NCBI GenBank assembly: GCA_040285825.1
Contig: JAUPSS010000005.1
Span: 434,001-498,000 of the forward strand
Source of the DNA: Eukaryota sp. TZLM1-RC
Taxonomy: Eukaryota > Protista > Metamonada: BaSk clade
Length of the DNA: 64,000 nt
Reading direction: 5' to 3'
The notes below the pieces were generated by a model, which did no database searches, had not been told where the DNA came from, and saw only the letters and a program-made list of their open reading frames with translations. The translations under genes were made by a program, and so were the position numbers. Positions 24,401 through 37,200 of this stretch are shown piece after piece. Numbering within the stretch: the stretch's first letter is position 1; every line of letters starts with the position of its first letter.

Positions 24401-25322
24401 GGCTATGGTAGACGCTCATCAATCAATTTTGATTGGTGATTTGACTGCCCACGGTGACTTTTCCGTTAGACCTGTCAATTATTCTGGTACAAAAGTGAAA
24501 AACTACCGCGAATCTGGCCTGATAATTGCAAACTCGAATACTATTACCATTATTGATCAGTCTCAGCTTACTGTTAAGCCTTTATTAGTCAAAATTCCTT
24601 GTCAATTTGGAGGTATAAAGGATTTTATAGTTGACCCTCAAAACGGAAGGTGGCTGTTTGTTTTTACTATTTTTGGAATCGGTTGCCTTTTTGATTTGAG
24701 ATTTCCTAACGGTTTACTGGTTTCTGCGTGGATTGTGAATAATGGAAGATTTTCAAATTTTGAACATTTCTCTCCATCAACTGGATTGAGTTCTATTTTG
24801 ACATGTGATGACTCGTCTGACAGATTAGTATCATGTATTTTCAATAATTCAAAATTTTGCATTATTTCGGTCGAAAATGGCCAAATTTTTGGTAATGTTG
24901 ACACCAATAATTCTTTTGAATTACCAAATATCGAACAACTAAACGCTCAAGAATTATCCACAAATTACTCAATTGTTGATAATTTATTTTCCAATCCAAT
25001 TTCAAATTCTATATCACCATCAATTGTCAAAACTTTTTATTCCAATGTTAGCGATAAGTTACTCACTGTGCATAGTAATTCCGGAATATTAGAATGGACT
25101 TTGGCAAAAGAGCCGTTACTTTTAAATAAGACTACTGGCTCAAATTTCCATGTCGATTATGAACAAGATCAGAATAGGTCAATTTGGTCTGCAGAAGTCA
25201 GATCTGATTGCAATCAATACGTTTTCGATGACGTCACTGTTGATTCTACTCTTGGTTGTATTAGTGGTAGACGTGGTGTAATTAATGCTCATAGATCAGG
25301 AATGATTACTGTTTTCCTTTGA
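21420..25322 (+). CDS. VPS15: VPS15/PIK3R4-like protein (pseudokinase + HEAT + WD40-like C-terminus)
   Basis: LYLVRPYV..TL, ERCWIAFQL, HGHVRPENVMLTSSYWALLTD..KP, FFDT, YVAPERF, PLLHHPNPLIR, LFDLRF; 1300 aa. Confidence 0.85.
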   Translation: MSRTHQQQAAQYKNYALHNVKDATFLDTIGTSSSNVCQTIKCSLQDSLVVIKIRFYKAEDFDHVKRHQEYLESLKSVFRNSPSPRSPNLLTISDIIVQPPEQLTNRTQSRLYRLYLVRPYVSTTLLSVLKTPFAVTFTERCWIAFQLTSCLAHIHSFSSPKGQKYVHGHVRPENVMLTSSYWALLTDAGAKPSNLIDSDLHYHRFFDTGPGVYVAPERFQSQSNHSNNDVSNNSNSQQYSSNSDVFSLGLLLIDIFTISSSSPYTPLFTLRELKGYSTCQEEIKTRAAEKLGKIEGLSKFLTDLIVDCFDYDPLKRPDARTLSNAIGSVFPFFPTYYSLLSENVCEKNMKTSDFAKTLIDAVNSNNWNGNNSYVLLLILNILPLVSHNSNTIDFKLKNSLYKVLIELISKSILPFEFLSCRVLSELINNLKTEFSSIPGTENNSTCLKSTISEAISVLIKKIIILKDLDVNMLFSIVCRFVIPMFCSLTCRSTSTSSANISLQSESIIFVISCLVDVIDCLMEVGESKSVTNDCLTEVDYARTVVFDMLKKYLNLAEVEINQSFDFVLQSILIERSLSTFSKFFFTFGLDSSNFDPCEYLNLFVSNAMNFSKSDLLSSQTRALFVSSVVICFEQVLSKINEVYDVYELIFSTLGVFIHDFETSVSLEACVALNKTLSLISNQPDQSLTAMVTSFSQKQILPLLHHPNPLIRRNCVDFITKIYQKIGTVESFCFLLPSLQEFVDFPLISLTKTILNSISMENCLSISLYNAALEVLESGTVPKSVKDGNDVSFFINNIDVFSEALIDHKISPTTFTKKTIDLHKRSANLMAILTSHLLEHVASKNRINQIRSSQSNPSVKQSTNLSTLTYSKIDSKVTPKTLPSSPFDSIPALLDLTPSVLGTSTGISIGVKSKPVVVEDSLELVIGLMEHDKVLGVYGPKEDYLISCLSSGTKIWRFSEDFKSNVPSKPESFFFKHDESKFQSSYLLSSSPVKLAMVDAHQSILIGDLTAHGDFSVRPVNYSGTKVKNYRESGLIIANSNTITIIDQSQLTVKPLLVKIPCQFGGIKDFIVDPQNGRWLFVFTIFGIGCLFDLRFPNGLLVSAWIVNNGRFSNFEHFSPSTGLSSILTCDDSSDRLVSCIFNNSKFCIISVENGQIFGNVDTNNSFELPNIEQLNAQELSTNYSIVDNLFSNPISNSISPSIVKTFYSNVSDKLLTVHSNSGILEWTLAKEPLLLNKTTGSNFHVDYEQDQNRSIWSAEVRSDCNQYVFDDVTVDSTLGCISGRRGVINAHRSGMITVFL

Positions 25323-26189
25323 CTTTTTTTGATTTTGTTGGAAATAAACAATTAACTAATTTGTTGGAACTAATTTAGTAATCAACTGCTGGTTTTATTG
25401 ATCATCCAACATTTTTACAATGCAGAAATATTTTAAAAAATGTCCTTACAATTGATTTTAAATTATCGATTACTATTTGTCCTCAGTATTTGATCTTGTT
25501 TTTGTTCAGCTGGCGGTGCTTTGATTCCACTTTTTCGTGTTATAGTAACTCAAAATGTGATTTTCAATAAACAATCCATTGAATGTTGTTCTTGTTCTTC
25601 TATTCTTTTATTGATCTCGAATTACAATAATTGAACATTGAAGCTGCTGATACTACACTTTTTCAAGTCGCGTATTTTTGACTATTTCATTTCAGTTTGA
25701 CGTGACAAAGTCACAAACTACAGATCTCACACTGTACATACATCCTGTAAATACTGTAATTGTTTCTTTGGAATTGGCATCTCGTTTCCCCTTTACATCA
25801 CCATGACATTGTACATTGCGAAGTTTCAATGTAAGTGGAATCTTAACTGATTTAAAAACCGTCAATAATTCTCAGATTAATTCTGTGTTCAAAACGATTG
25901 TTAAAGCAACAAAAAACCCTTACGAAGTCTGTCTTCTGTTGAATAGAATAATTCAATAACATCGATAATGGTTAACAACGTTTCATGACTCACAAAACAT
26001 TTTCCCTTTTGTCAACAAGCTCAAAGTTCCAACTTGATATGTCTGGTATCTTTAATCAAAAGCAATTGTAACCTGTTGTAAACTGGAACAACAGTATTAC
26101 GCAACTCAAAAAATCAACTGAACCAGACCATAATCTCAAAATACTATATTCATTTGTCATAAAGAAAACTTTTCTTCTCCAAAACTGAA

Positions 26190-27075
26190 AATCCCGCTTT
26201 CGGAAATTTTTTAAAAGACATTGGTAATAGTTCTGCTGCTGCTTGAGTTGCTCCAATGCCTTCTATTTATGAACTTCTTTTAAACAGCAATGAGTGGCTT
26301 TTAAACATGCATTTTCGTTGTTTTCTATGACCATACAATTTTTCTATTCATTTAACTTGTAAATGTGGTAAACCTCTTTTGTTTACTCAACTTCTGAATT
26401 GTAATCATTTCATTACATTTAGAAGTAAAGTGCATAATAATGTCAGGAACCAAATTTATGTTATGTGTAAATCATATCGAGTAGATTCCTTTTTAGAGTC
26501 TTTGCCATTAAAATTAATTCTTGATGACCCCAATAGTACACGCTATAATAAAGCTTCTATGGGTCTGGCAAAAGGTGATTTAATCGTTCCCGGATTAAAT
26601 GTTAGTTTTTCCATTGTAGATGCCATGTCCATTGACCTTTGTAGTTTTTCTAACGAACATCTCATTAATTCTGATGTCAATAATCCTCTTCTTGCTGTGG
26701 AAAAAACAAAATTGCTGAATACGCGAAACCTATTACTTCTGTCAATGAAAATTCTTGTGTTAAATATAACTTATGTCCTTTTGTTTTTTCTTACATTGAT
26801 CTTTAGGTTAGGGTGCCTTGACTTTCCTTGAGGATTTCAATGTAAATGTAAAGGAACGGACTGGAAGAATTTTCAATCGTGTTTACTGGTAAATCAGGAT
26901 TGTATTTTCTACTTATAAGGGATTGGTGAAATTTATTTCTCATTCACCTTCTTCTTTTGAGAAATTTTCTGAATCTTTAGGAAATAACTGGTTCGATGTG
27001 GGAGAGGTGGGTTTTGAGAATGTGGAGCTTTAGTTGTGTATTTGATGATTATTTATTCATTATTCGATGAATAAA
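26190..27075 (+). mobile_element. Degraded CRE-like family C 3' portion
   Basis: ORF 26379-26831 (LLNC..VHNNVRN..KGDL); ends GFENVEL*. Confidence 0.85.
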
Positions 27076-27101
27076 TAAGATTGTTTTCTTATTTAGAAAA
27101 T

Positions 27102-29407
27102 TATTTAAATTAAATTAGATTATTTCTTCAGAAGATTGCCTTGGTTTATTGACCAAATTTTTCAACCAAATATTATCTGGTCAACGCAAATACCCAGAAG
27201 AATTAAGAAGTTCTCGTTTAACTGCACTTGTCAAAAATTCAAAAATGGATGTTCGTCCTATTGCAGTCTCTGAGAGCTTACACAATATTTTTTCTGCGTG
27301 TTGCTTAAGCAGGTTCAATGAAAAAGCTAAAAAGATTTTATTACCCTTTCAATATGGTATAAATACTACAGATGGAGTCTCTTCAGCGATTTTTGCTACT
27401 GATGTCTTATTTCGTCAAAATGAATCCAATGTTTGCGTGTCATTGGATTTTAGTAATGCTTTCAATTCACTAAGTCGTCGCAGTATCCATGGTGCTCTAT
27501 TGCAATATATGCCGGAATTAATACCATATTTTCAATCAACATATTGCACATATTCAAATTTACATTTTGGTAACAACATATTGAGTTCATCAAGTGGCGT
27601 AAAGCAAGGAGATCCGTTAGGACCTCTTTTGTTTTGTTTGGCCATTCATCCTATTCTACTGCAAATTCAAGAGATGTTTCCTTCACTAAAAATGATTGCA
27701 TATATGGATGATGTTGTGCTTATTGGTGATTTAAATATTGTGAAAAAAGCAACTGTATGTTTTAAAGAATTATTCACCAAAATTGGTCTCCGACTTAATT
27801 TACTTAAATGTGTTTTGTTATCAAATTCTCCAGTTTCCACAATAATTGATGATATTGAAATTCAAGCCAAATTATATTCAGTTGATGCTATTCGTCATTT
27901 GGGTTCGTTTTTAGGAAATAATGATGAAATTACCAAAAAATTGTTTGAAAAGTTGAACTCAATTTCTGACAAAATTGACCGAATGATGAATTTAGATATA
28001 AAAAAACACATCAAATTTACCATTATAAGACTGTGTTTTAGTTCCAATTTTAATCATATATTTCGATCTACAAATCCTCTCGTCACTAGACCTTTGGCTC
28101 AAAAGTTTAATGAGTTACGTGCAAAAGTTCTGTCTCAATTACTGGGATGTAAAATGTTTCAAATTCCAGATCATGCTTACCTTAGTCCACATTATGGTGG
28201 TTTAGGGTGGACGAAGGCTTCTATTCTTACCTCGTGTGCTTTTGTTGGTGGATGCAGAAATGCAATCTTTGAGTTTTCCGAAAGATTTGCAGATTGGAAA
28301 GATTTATTGATGACAACGCAAAGTTCCACTGTTTTTGCATTAAATGAAGAAATTTCAAGAATTGATGTAGAAAAATGAAGTCGATGTTTTCCCCAATCAT
28401 TCAATGGCAATATTCCAGAAAAAAATGTTTTAAATTTGAAGTACACTCTTCGAACATTACAGAAAAGATTGACTGGAATGTATGAAAAAGATCTTTATAA
28501 TAATATATGCAGCTCGGCTGTTTTAAATCAAGATCTTCACTCATTGTTATTGGAAAAGGGTGTTTGTGAAAACAAGTCATCAGATTCTTCACTTTTTGTA
28601 ACCATTGTACCACGAAGATTTGGATTGTGTGCCCCTAATGAAGCATTTGTAACAAAAATGAGATTATATTTGAATATCCCCATTAATCAATTATTATCAA
28701 AAGAAAAATGTATTTGTTCGAATTCACCTCAACTCACTTTGCGCCATGCTCTGAATTGCTCTAAATTGATAACTTATCGTTCTTCATTACATGATGCTGT
28801 TAGAGACACTGTTTTCAATATGGCACAAACTGCAAGAATTTCGTGTATCAAAGAGCCCCTGCTGAAGGACACACTTTCTCTGAATAATTTTGGTTCTGAT
28901 GATAGAGGTAATGTATACTGTGATTGGATTGATAATTCTGAAGCTATTGTTGACTTTGTCTCATGTAATGTTGCAAATGATACTTTGGTTCACAGAAGAA
29001 AAACTTAATCCTGTGACTGCTCTTGATTTAAAAAGCAAACGAAAAACATAGAAAATATGATGTAGATATTGAAGAGGCTAATGCTGATAGAAATACACAG
29101 CTGGTTTTATTGCTTTCCCATTTTCGATAAATGGAAGACTATCAGATGAAGCAGAAACTGTTTTGAATGATTTCCAAAAATGGTTCAAGAAAAAACAATG
29201 AAAAAATTTGATATTTTTTTATGGCGTTCACGGATTCAATTTGCCATTTTTAATAGATTACCTCGGTTTTTCAATCGAATAAGAGAAGCTTTAGCTAGAC
29301 AGCAAGCAGATCAAGATTTTGTAGAGGAAATCTTGGTTCAATGATAGTTGTCCCATTACTTATGAGTTAATTTAATTAAGTGTGCAAATTCAATAAATAC
29401 GATTTTT
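27102..29407 (+). mobile_element. CRE-like family A copy with nearly complete RT domain
   Basis: VRPIAV, FQYG, LDFSNAFNS, GVKQGDPLGP, YMDD, HLG, GGLG, CCHC, RGN. Premature TGA at 28376. TSD TTATTTAGAAAAT at 27089-27101 and 29408-29420. Empty sites are visible at ~1860 and ~33815. Confidence 0.95.
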
Positions 29408-32400
29408 TTATTTAGAAAATGCCTTGTTTTTGTTCTCTTTTCATGAGGACCCACAAAACTTGCATGTTTTTTGATCAACGTCTTGTCAAGGGTTTATAGA
29501 TGTGTCAATGGTCTCTCCCCTTTCCCGTCACAATACGGACCACTCTTTGCCGAGAACTTTGTAACAGATTTACTGCACAAGGAATGTTTGCCCTCTTCAC
29601 TGCTCCTGAAATTCATGCCCGTTCATCACGTCTGTACCCATTGAGCTCTGCCTCCGATCACACACCAATCCTTAAAAGAACCAATGCCACGTCACGCCAC
29701 GTCATCAGTTTTACGCCGAATCACAATTGCTAATACATTTGGTCAACAGCTTTCATTAGTACGTATACCCAGGCTCAAGTGTGTATTTCTCCTTTCTCTT
29801 TTGCTATATGAACCAACTCCCCATCTAGTGTGACAGAATCACTCTATTCCAAAGGCTACTTCTTTGGTAAGTAATCCTTAGAGGATTACTCCAATAGAAT
29901 AAATATCAGAAGCTTCTGTTATTCTATTATCAAAAACCTCTAAAGCTGCATATTTGGGGGTAAAGGTAAGAGAAGCGGAAATTCGGGTGGTGTTAGCTAC
30001 TACTTTAGAAGTACCAAAGTCGACTATTCTTAGTTGACCATTAACTTCATTTTTTCAGGTGTGAGTGTCTTTAAATGACTGATCTAGATTGGATTGCTCT
30101 CCAGAGCACGTGCATTCGCATTGGCACCTTCATGACTAATGCAACGGAAGCCAAGACTCAGTTGAAACAGTTTGAATCTGTTTTCATGGCCAGATTTTAA
30201 TAGGTTACAGAAAAAAGATTTTGTTTCGACTATCTTTTCCATGTAATTCTCCTTTTGTTTCTCTCATGTTACATCATCAATAGATTTTTGATGGGATGTT
30301 GATCACAAATCATGTAAGTTTTAAATTAACAACTGTTTTCTATTTTAATTTCAGTTTTTTATTGTTCTAATTTTAGCAGTAACTTGGTTTCCAATTATTT
30401 ATAATAATACTTTATAATAAACGTTTCAGATCAAGTTAGTAGGTAAATTGTATCAAAAATGAGTAATTGATTATTAGATGCTTGTTTAAAAAGTATTAAT
30501 TATCTATTTGAACAAACCAACCCAGTATTGTCTGGTCACTCCCTTCTATAAACAGTATCAATTTGGATGATTGAGCAACTTGATTTCAAATGAAATGAAA
30601 AACAATTTATAAATAATGAACAAATTATTGATGTGTTCATAACTCGTTTGTCTCAACTGGCAAAACTGGATTATATTTTCTATTTTTCAGGGAATGGTGA
30701 AATTTATTTCTCATTCACCTTCTTCTTTTGAGAAATTTTCTGAATCTTTAGGAATTAACTGGTTCGATGTGGGAGAGGCGGTTTTTGAGAATGTGGAGCT
30801 TTAGTTGTGTATTTGATGATTATTTATTCATTATTTGATAAATAAATAAGATTGTTTTTTTATTTAGAAAACGCCTTGTTTCTGTTCTCTTTTCATGAGG
30901 ACCCACAAAACTTGCATGTTTTTTGATCAACGTCTTGTCAAGGGTTTCTAGATGTGTCAATGGTCTCTCCCCTTGGTCGTCACAATACGGACCACTCTTT
31001 GCCGAGAACTTTGTAACAGATTTACTGCACAAGGAAAGTTTGCCCTCTCCACTGCTCCTGAAGTTCATGCCCGTTCATCACGTCTGTACCCATTGAGCTC
31101 CACATCCGATCACACACCAATCCTTAAAAGAACCAATGCCACGTCACGCCACGTCATCAGTTTTACGCCGAATCACAATTGCTAATACCTTTGGTCAACA
31201 GCTTTCATTAGTACGTATACCCAAGCTCAAGTGTGTATTTCTCCTTTCTCTTTTGCTATTTGAACCAACTCCCCATCTAGTGTGACAGAATCACTCTATT
31301 CCAAAGGCTACTTCTTTGGTAAGTAATCCTTAGAGGATTACTCCAATAGAATAAATATCAGAAGCTTCTGTTATTCTATTATCAAAAACCTCTAAAGCTG
31401 CATATTTGGGGGTAAAGGTAATAGAAGCGGAAATTCGGGTGGTGTTAGCTATTACTTTAGAAGTACCAAAGTCTGCAATTCTTAGTTGACCATTAACTTC
31501 ATTTTTTCAGGTTTGAGTGTCCTTAAATGACTGATCTGCAATGGATTGCTCTCCAGAGCACGTGCATTCGCACTGGCACCTTCGTGACTAATGCAATGGA
31601 AGCCAAGACTCAGTTGAAACAGTTTGAATCTGTTTTCATGGCCAGATTTTAATAGGTTACAGAAAAAAGATTTTGTTTTGACTATCCTTTCCAAGTAATT
31701 CTCCTTTTGTTTCTCTCATATTACATCATCAATAGATTTTTGATGGGGTGTTGATCACAAAACATGTAAGTTTTAAATTAACAACTGTTTCCTATTTTAA
31801 TTTCAGTTTTAATTTCTATTTTAATTTCTGTTTTTTATTGTTCTAATTTCAGCAGTAACTTGGTTTCCAATTATTTATAATTATACCTCATAATAAACGT
31901 TTCAGATCAAATAAGTAAGTAAATTGTATCAAAAATGAGTAATTGATTATAAATTGCTTGTTGAAAAAGTATTAATTATCTATTTGAACAAACCAACCCA
32001 GTATTGTCTGGTCACTCCCTTCTATAAACAGTATCAATTTGGATGATTGAGCAACTTGATTTCAAATGAAATGAAAAACAATTTATAAATAATGAACAAA
32101 TTATTGATGTGTTCATAACTCGTTTGTCTCAACTGGCAAAACTGGATTATATTTTCTACTGATAAGGGATTGATGAAATTTATTTCTCATTCACCTTCTT
32201 CTTTTGAGAAATTTTCTGAATCTTTAGGAATTAACTGGTTCGATGTGGAAGAGGCGGGTTTTGAGAATGTGGAGCTTTAGTTGTGTATTTGATGATTATT
32301 TATTCATTATTCGATGAATAAATAAGATTGTTTTCTTATTTAGAAAACGCCTTGTTTCTGTTCTCTTTTCATGAGAACCCACAAAACTTGCATGTTTTTT

Positions 32401-35400
32401 GATCAACGTCTTGTCAAGGGTTTCTAGATGTGTCAATGGTCTCTCCCCTTTCCCGTCACAATACGGACCACTCTTTGCCGAGAACTTTGTAACAGATTTA
32501 CTGCACAAGGAAAGTTTGCCCTCTCCACTGCTCCTGAAGTTCATGCCCGTTCATCACGTCTGTACCCATTGAGCTCCACCTCCTATCACACACCAATCCT
32601 TAAAAGAACCAATGCCACATCACGCCACGTCATCAGTTTTACGCCGAATCACAATTGCTAATACCTTTGGTCAACAGCTTTCATTAGTACGTATACCCAA
32701 GCTCAAGTGTGTATTTCTCCTTTCTCTTTTGCTATATGAACCAACTCCCCATCTAGTGTGACAGAATCACTCTATTCCAAAGGCTACTTCTTTGGTAAGT
32801 AATCCTTAGAGGATTACTCCAATAGAATAAATATCAGAAGCTTCTGTTATTCTATTATCAAAAACCTCTAAAGCTGCATATTTGGGGGTAAAGGTAATAG
32901 AAGCGGAAATTCGGGTGGTGTTAGCTATTACTTTAGAAGTACCAAAGTCTGCAATTCTTAGTTGATCATTAACTTCATTCTTTCAGGTTTGAGTGTCCTT
33001 AAATGACTGATCTGCAATGGATTGCTCTCCAGAGCACGTGCATTCGCACTGGCACCTTCGTGACTAATGCAATGGAAGCCAAGACTCAGTTGAAACAGTT
33101 TGAATCTGTTTTCATGGCCAGATTTTAATAGGTTACAGAAAAAAGATTTTGTTTTGACTATCCTTTCCAAGTAATTCTCATTTTGTTTCTCTCATATTAC
33201 ATCATCATTAGATTTTTGATGGGGTGTTGATCACAAAACATGTAAGTTTTAAATTAACAACTGTTTCCTATTTTAATTTCTATTTTAATTTCTATTTTAA
33301 TTTCTGCTCTTTATTGTTCTAATTTCAGCAGTAACTTGGTTTCCAATTATTTATAATTATACCTCATAATAAACGTTTCAGATCAAGTAAGTAAGTAAAT
33401 TGTATCAAAAATGAGTAATTGATTATAAATTGCTTGTTGAAAAAGTATTAATTATCTATTTGAACAAACCAACCCAGTATTGTCTGGTCACTCCCTTCTA
33501 TAAACAGTATCAATTTGGATGATTGAGCAACTTGATTTCAAATGAAATGAAAAACAAATTACAAATAATGAACAAATTATTGATGTGTTCATAACTCGTT
33601 TGTCTCAACTGGCAAAACTGGATTATATTTTCTATTTTTCAGGGAATGGTGAAATTTATTTCTCATTCACCTTCTTCTTTTGAGAAATTTTCTGAATCTT
33701 TAGGAATTAACTGGTTCGATGTGGGAGAGGCGGTTTTTGAGAATGTGGAGCTTTAGTTGTGTATTTGATGATTATTTATTCATTATTTGATAAATAAATA
33801 AGATTGTTTTCTTATTTAGAAAATGCCTTGTTTTTGTTCTCTTTTCATGAGGACCCACAAAACTTGCATGTTTTTTGATCAACGTCTTGTCAAGGGTTTA
33901 TAGATGTGTCAATGGTCTCTCCCCTTTCCCATCACAATACGGACCACTCTTTGCCGAGAACTTTGTAACAGATTTACTGCACAAGGAATGTTTGCCCTCT
34001 TCACTGCTCCTGAAGTTCATGCCCGTTCATCACGTCTGTACCCATTGAGCTCTGCCTCCGATCACACACCAATCCTTAAAAGAACCAATGCCACGTCACG
34101 CCACGTCATCAGTTTTACGCCGAATCACAATTGCTAATACATTTGGTCAACAGCTTTCATTAGTACGTATACCCAGGCTCAAGTGTGTATTTCTCCTTTC
34201 TCTTTTGCTATATGAACCAACTCTCCATCTAGTGTGACAGAGTCGTACATTCCAAAGGCTACTTCTTTGGTAAGTAATCCTTAGAGAATTACTCCAATAG
34301 AATAAATATCAGAAGCTTCTGTTATTCTATTATCAAAAACCTCTAAAGCTGCATATTTGGGGGTAAAGGTAAGAGAAGCGGAAATTCGGGTGGTGTTAGC
34401 TACTACTTTAGAAGTACCAAAGTCGGCTATTCTTAGTTGACCATTAACTTCATTTTTTCAGGTGTGAGTGTCTTTAAATGACTGATCTAGATTGGATTGC
34501 TCTCCAGAGCACGTGCATTCGCATTGGCACCTTCATGACTAATGCAACGGAAGCCAAGACTCAGTTGAAACAGTTTGAATCTGTTTTCATGGCCAGATTT
34601 TAATAGGTTACAGAAAAAAGATTTTGTTTCGACTATCTTTTCCAAGTAATTCTCCTTTTGTTTCTCTCATGTTACATCATCAATAGATTTTTGATGGGAT
34701 GTTGATCGCAAAACATGTAAGTTTTAAATTAACAACTGTTTTCTATTTTAATTTCAGTTTTTTATTGTTCTAATTTTAGCAGTAACTTGGTTTCCAATTA
34801 TTTATAATAATACTTTATAATAAACGTTTCAGATCAAGTTAGTAGGTAAATTGTATCAAAAATGAGTAATTGATTATTAGATGCTTGTTTAAAAAGTATC
34901 AATTATCTATTTGAACAAACCAACCCAGTATTGTTTGGTCACTCCCTTTCATAAACAGTATCAATTTGGATGATTGAGCAACTTGATTTCAAATGAAATG
35001 ACAAATTTCTGATAAAATTGACCGAATGATGAATTTAGATATAAAAAAACACATCAAATTTACCATTATAAGACTGTGTTTTAGTTCCAATTTTAATCAT
35101 ATATTTCGATCTACAAATCCTCTCGTCACTAGACCTTTGGCTCAAAAGATAAATGAGTTACGTGCAAAAGTTCTGTCTCAATTACAGGGATGCAAAATGT
35201 TTCAAATTCCAGATCATGCTTACCTTAGTCCACATTATGGTGGTTTAGGGTGGACGAAGGCTTCTATTCTTACCTCGTGTGCTTTTGTTGGTGGATGTAG
35301 AAATGCAATCTTTGAGTTTTCCGAAAGATTTGCACATTGGGAAGATTTCTTGATGACAACACAAAGTTCCACTGTTTTGCATTAAATGAAGAAATTTCAA

Positions 35401-36705
35401 AAATTGATGTAGAAAAATGGGGTCGATGTTTTCCCCAATCATTCAATGGCAATATTCCAGAAAAGAATGTTTTAAATTTGAAGTACACTCTTCGAACATT
35501 ACCGAAACGATTGACTGGAATGTATGAAAAAGATCTTTATAATAATATATGCAGCTCGGCTGTTTTAAATCAAGATCTTCACTCATTGTTATTGGAAAAG
35601 GGTGTTTGTGAAAACAAGTCATCAGATTCTTCACTTTTTGTAACCATTGTACCACGAAGATTTGGATTGTGTGCCCCTAATGAAGCATTTGTAACAAAAA
35701 TGAGATTATATTTGAATATCCCCATTAATCAATTATTATCAAAAGAAAAATGTATTTGTTCGAATTCACCTCAACTCACTTTGCGCCATGCTCTGAATTG
35801 CTCTAAATTGATAACTTATCGTTCTTCATTACATGATGCTGTTAGAGACACTGTTTTCAATATGGCACAAACTGCAAGAATTTCGTGTATCAAAGAGCCC
35901 CTGCTGAAGGACACACTTTCTCTGAATAATTTTGGTTCTGATGATAGAGGTAATGTATACTGTGATTGGATTGATAATTCTGAAGCTATTGTTGACTTTG
36001 TCTCATGTAATGTTGCAAATGATACTTTGGTTCACAGAAGAAAACTTAATCCTGTGACTGCTCTTGATTTAAAAGCAAACGAAAAACATAGAAAATATGA
36101 TGTAGATATTGAAGAGGCTAATGCTGATAGAAATACACAGCTGGTTTTATTGCTTTCCCATTTTCGATAAATGGAAGACTATCAGATGAAGCAGAAACTG
36201 TTTTGAATGATTTCCAAAAATGGTTCAAGAAAAAACAATGAAAAAATTTGATATTTTTTTATGGCGTTCACGGATTCAATTTGCCATTTTTAATAGATTA
36301 CCTCGGTTTTTCAATCGAATAAGAGAAGCTTTAGCTAGACAGCAAGCAGATCAAGATTTTGTAGAGGAAATCTTGGTTCAATGATAGTTGTCCCATTACT
36401 TATGAGTTAATTTAATTAAGTGTGCAAATTCAATAAATTCAATTTAATGAAATGAAAAACAATTTATAAATAATGAACAAATTATTGATGTATTCATAAC
36501 TCGTTTGTCTCAACTGGCAAAACTGGATTATATTTTTTATTTTCAAGGGAATGGTGAAATTAATTTCTCATTCACTTTCTTCTTTTGGGAAATTTTCTGA
36601 ATCTTTGGGAATTAACTGGTTCGATGTGGGAAAGGCAGGTTTTGAGGATGTGGAGCTTTAGTTGTGTAACTGATGATTTTTTATTCATTATTTGATAAAT
36701 AAATA
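29408..36705. repeat. Tandem array of four ~1.45-1.48 kb units (1.25-kb core + ~200-bp family C 3' tail)
   Basis: Periods are 1452, 1476 and 1476 (ORF starts 29500, 30952, 32428, 33904). Family C tails start near 30657, 32133, 33609 and 36513. The fourth unit is interrupted by family A. Confidence 0.95.
35002..36445 (+). mobile_element. 5'-truncated CRE-like family A copy inside array unit 4
   Basis: TSD AATGAAATGA at 34992-35001 and 36446-36455. The other units show the empty site TTTCAAATGAAATGAAAAAC. Confidence 0.93.
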
Positions 36706-36899
36706 ACTATACAGTTTAAAAATATTGTCAACAATTTTTTTGAAATATGGATTTGAAGATGAAAAACAATAAAATTAAATAAAATTCATTGAATAATTCA
36801 TTGAAGTAAACTTTTTTCAACACATTCTCTTCTTTTTCTTGTTTAAACTTCAATGGCGCCAGTATTATTATTGTTTTCAAATTTTGAATTTATTACTTT

Positions 36900-37200
36900 C
36901 AAAAAACTAAACGCAAAAATTAATAGTCTAAATCTTCATATCCCAAATCAGCCAGCAAAAATTGACTGCAACAAAATTGACTGGATGATTTTCCTTCATC
37001 AATGCAACCAAGAGATAATAATGTAGAAGATAATAAGAGTACAACTCCTTTATAAATTGAAAATACAATTCTGCTCTTCCAAAACATTTGCAAGTGGTCC
37101 AAGCGCACCATAAAGAGAAACTGCAAAAGGACAGAGGACATAATGAGTGTGAGATTCAACATTCAAGGAAACAAACTTTGCCAGTATTATAGAAATTTTT
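36900..37200 (-). mobile_element. CRE-like family F 3' remnant
   Basis: FWKSRIVFSIYKG...ADLGYEDLDY*. Confidence 0.7.

Noticed and set aside
25700-25830. Minus-strand KGKRDANSKETITVFTGC resembling a pogo/Tigger DDE segment
   Set aside because: Too short, with no flanking motifs or TIRs.
27149-28378. RT as a bacterial retron, group II intron or DGR RT
   Set aside because: The downstream CCHC and RLE domains, 5' truncations and TSDs identify non-LTR retrotransposons.
29408-36705. Array as a CRISPR-like locus, or as an SL-RNA/5S/snRNA array (the classic CRE target)
   Set aside because: The units are near-identical with no unique spacers. I recognised no structural RNA gene, and the two insertions hit different positions in the unit. 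An Infernal search is still needed to exclude a divergent ncRNA.
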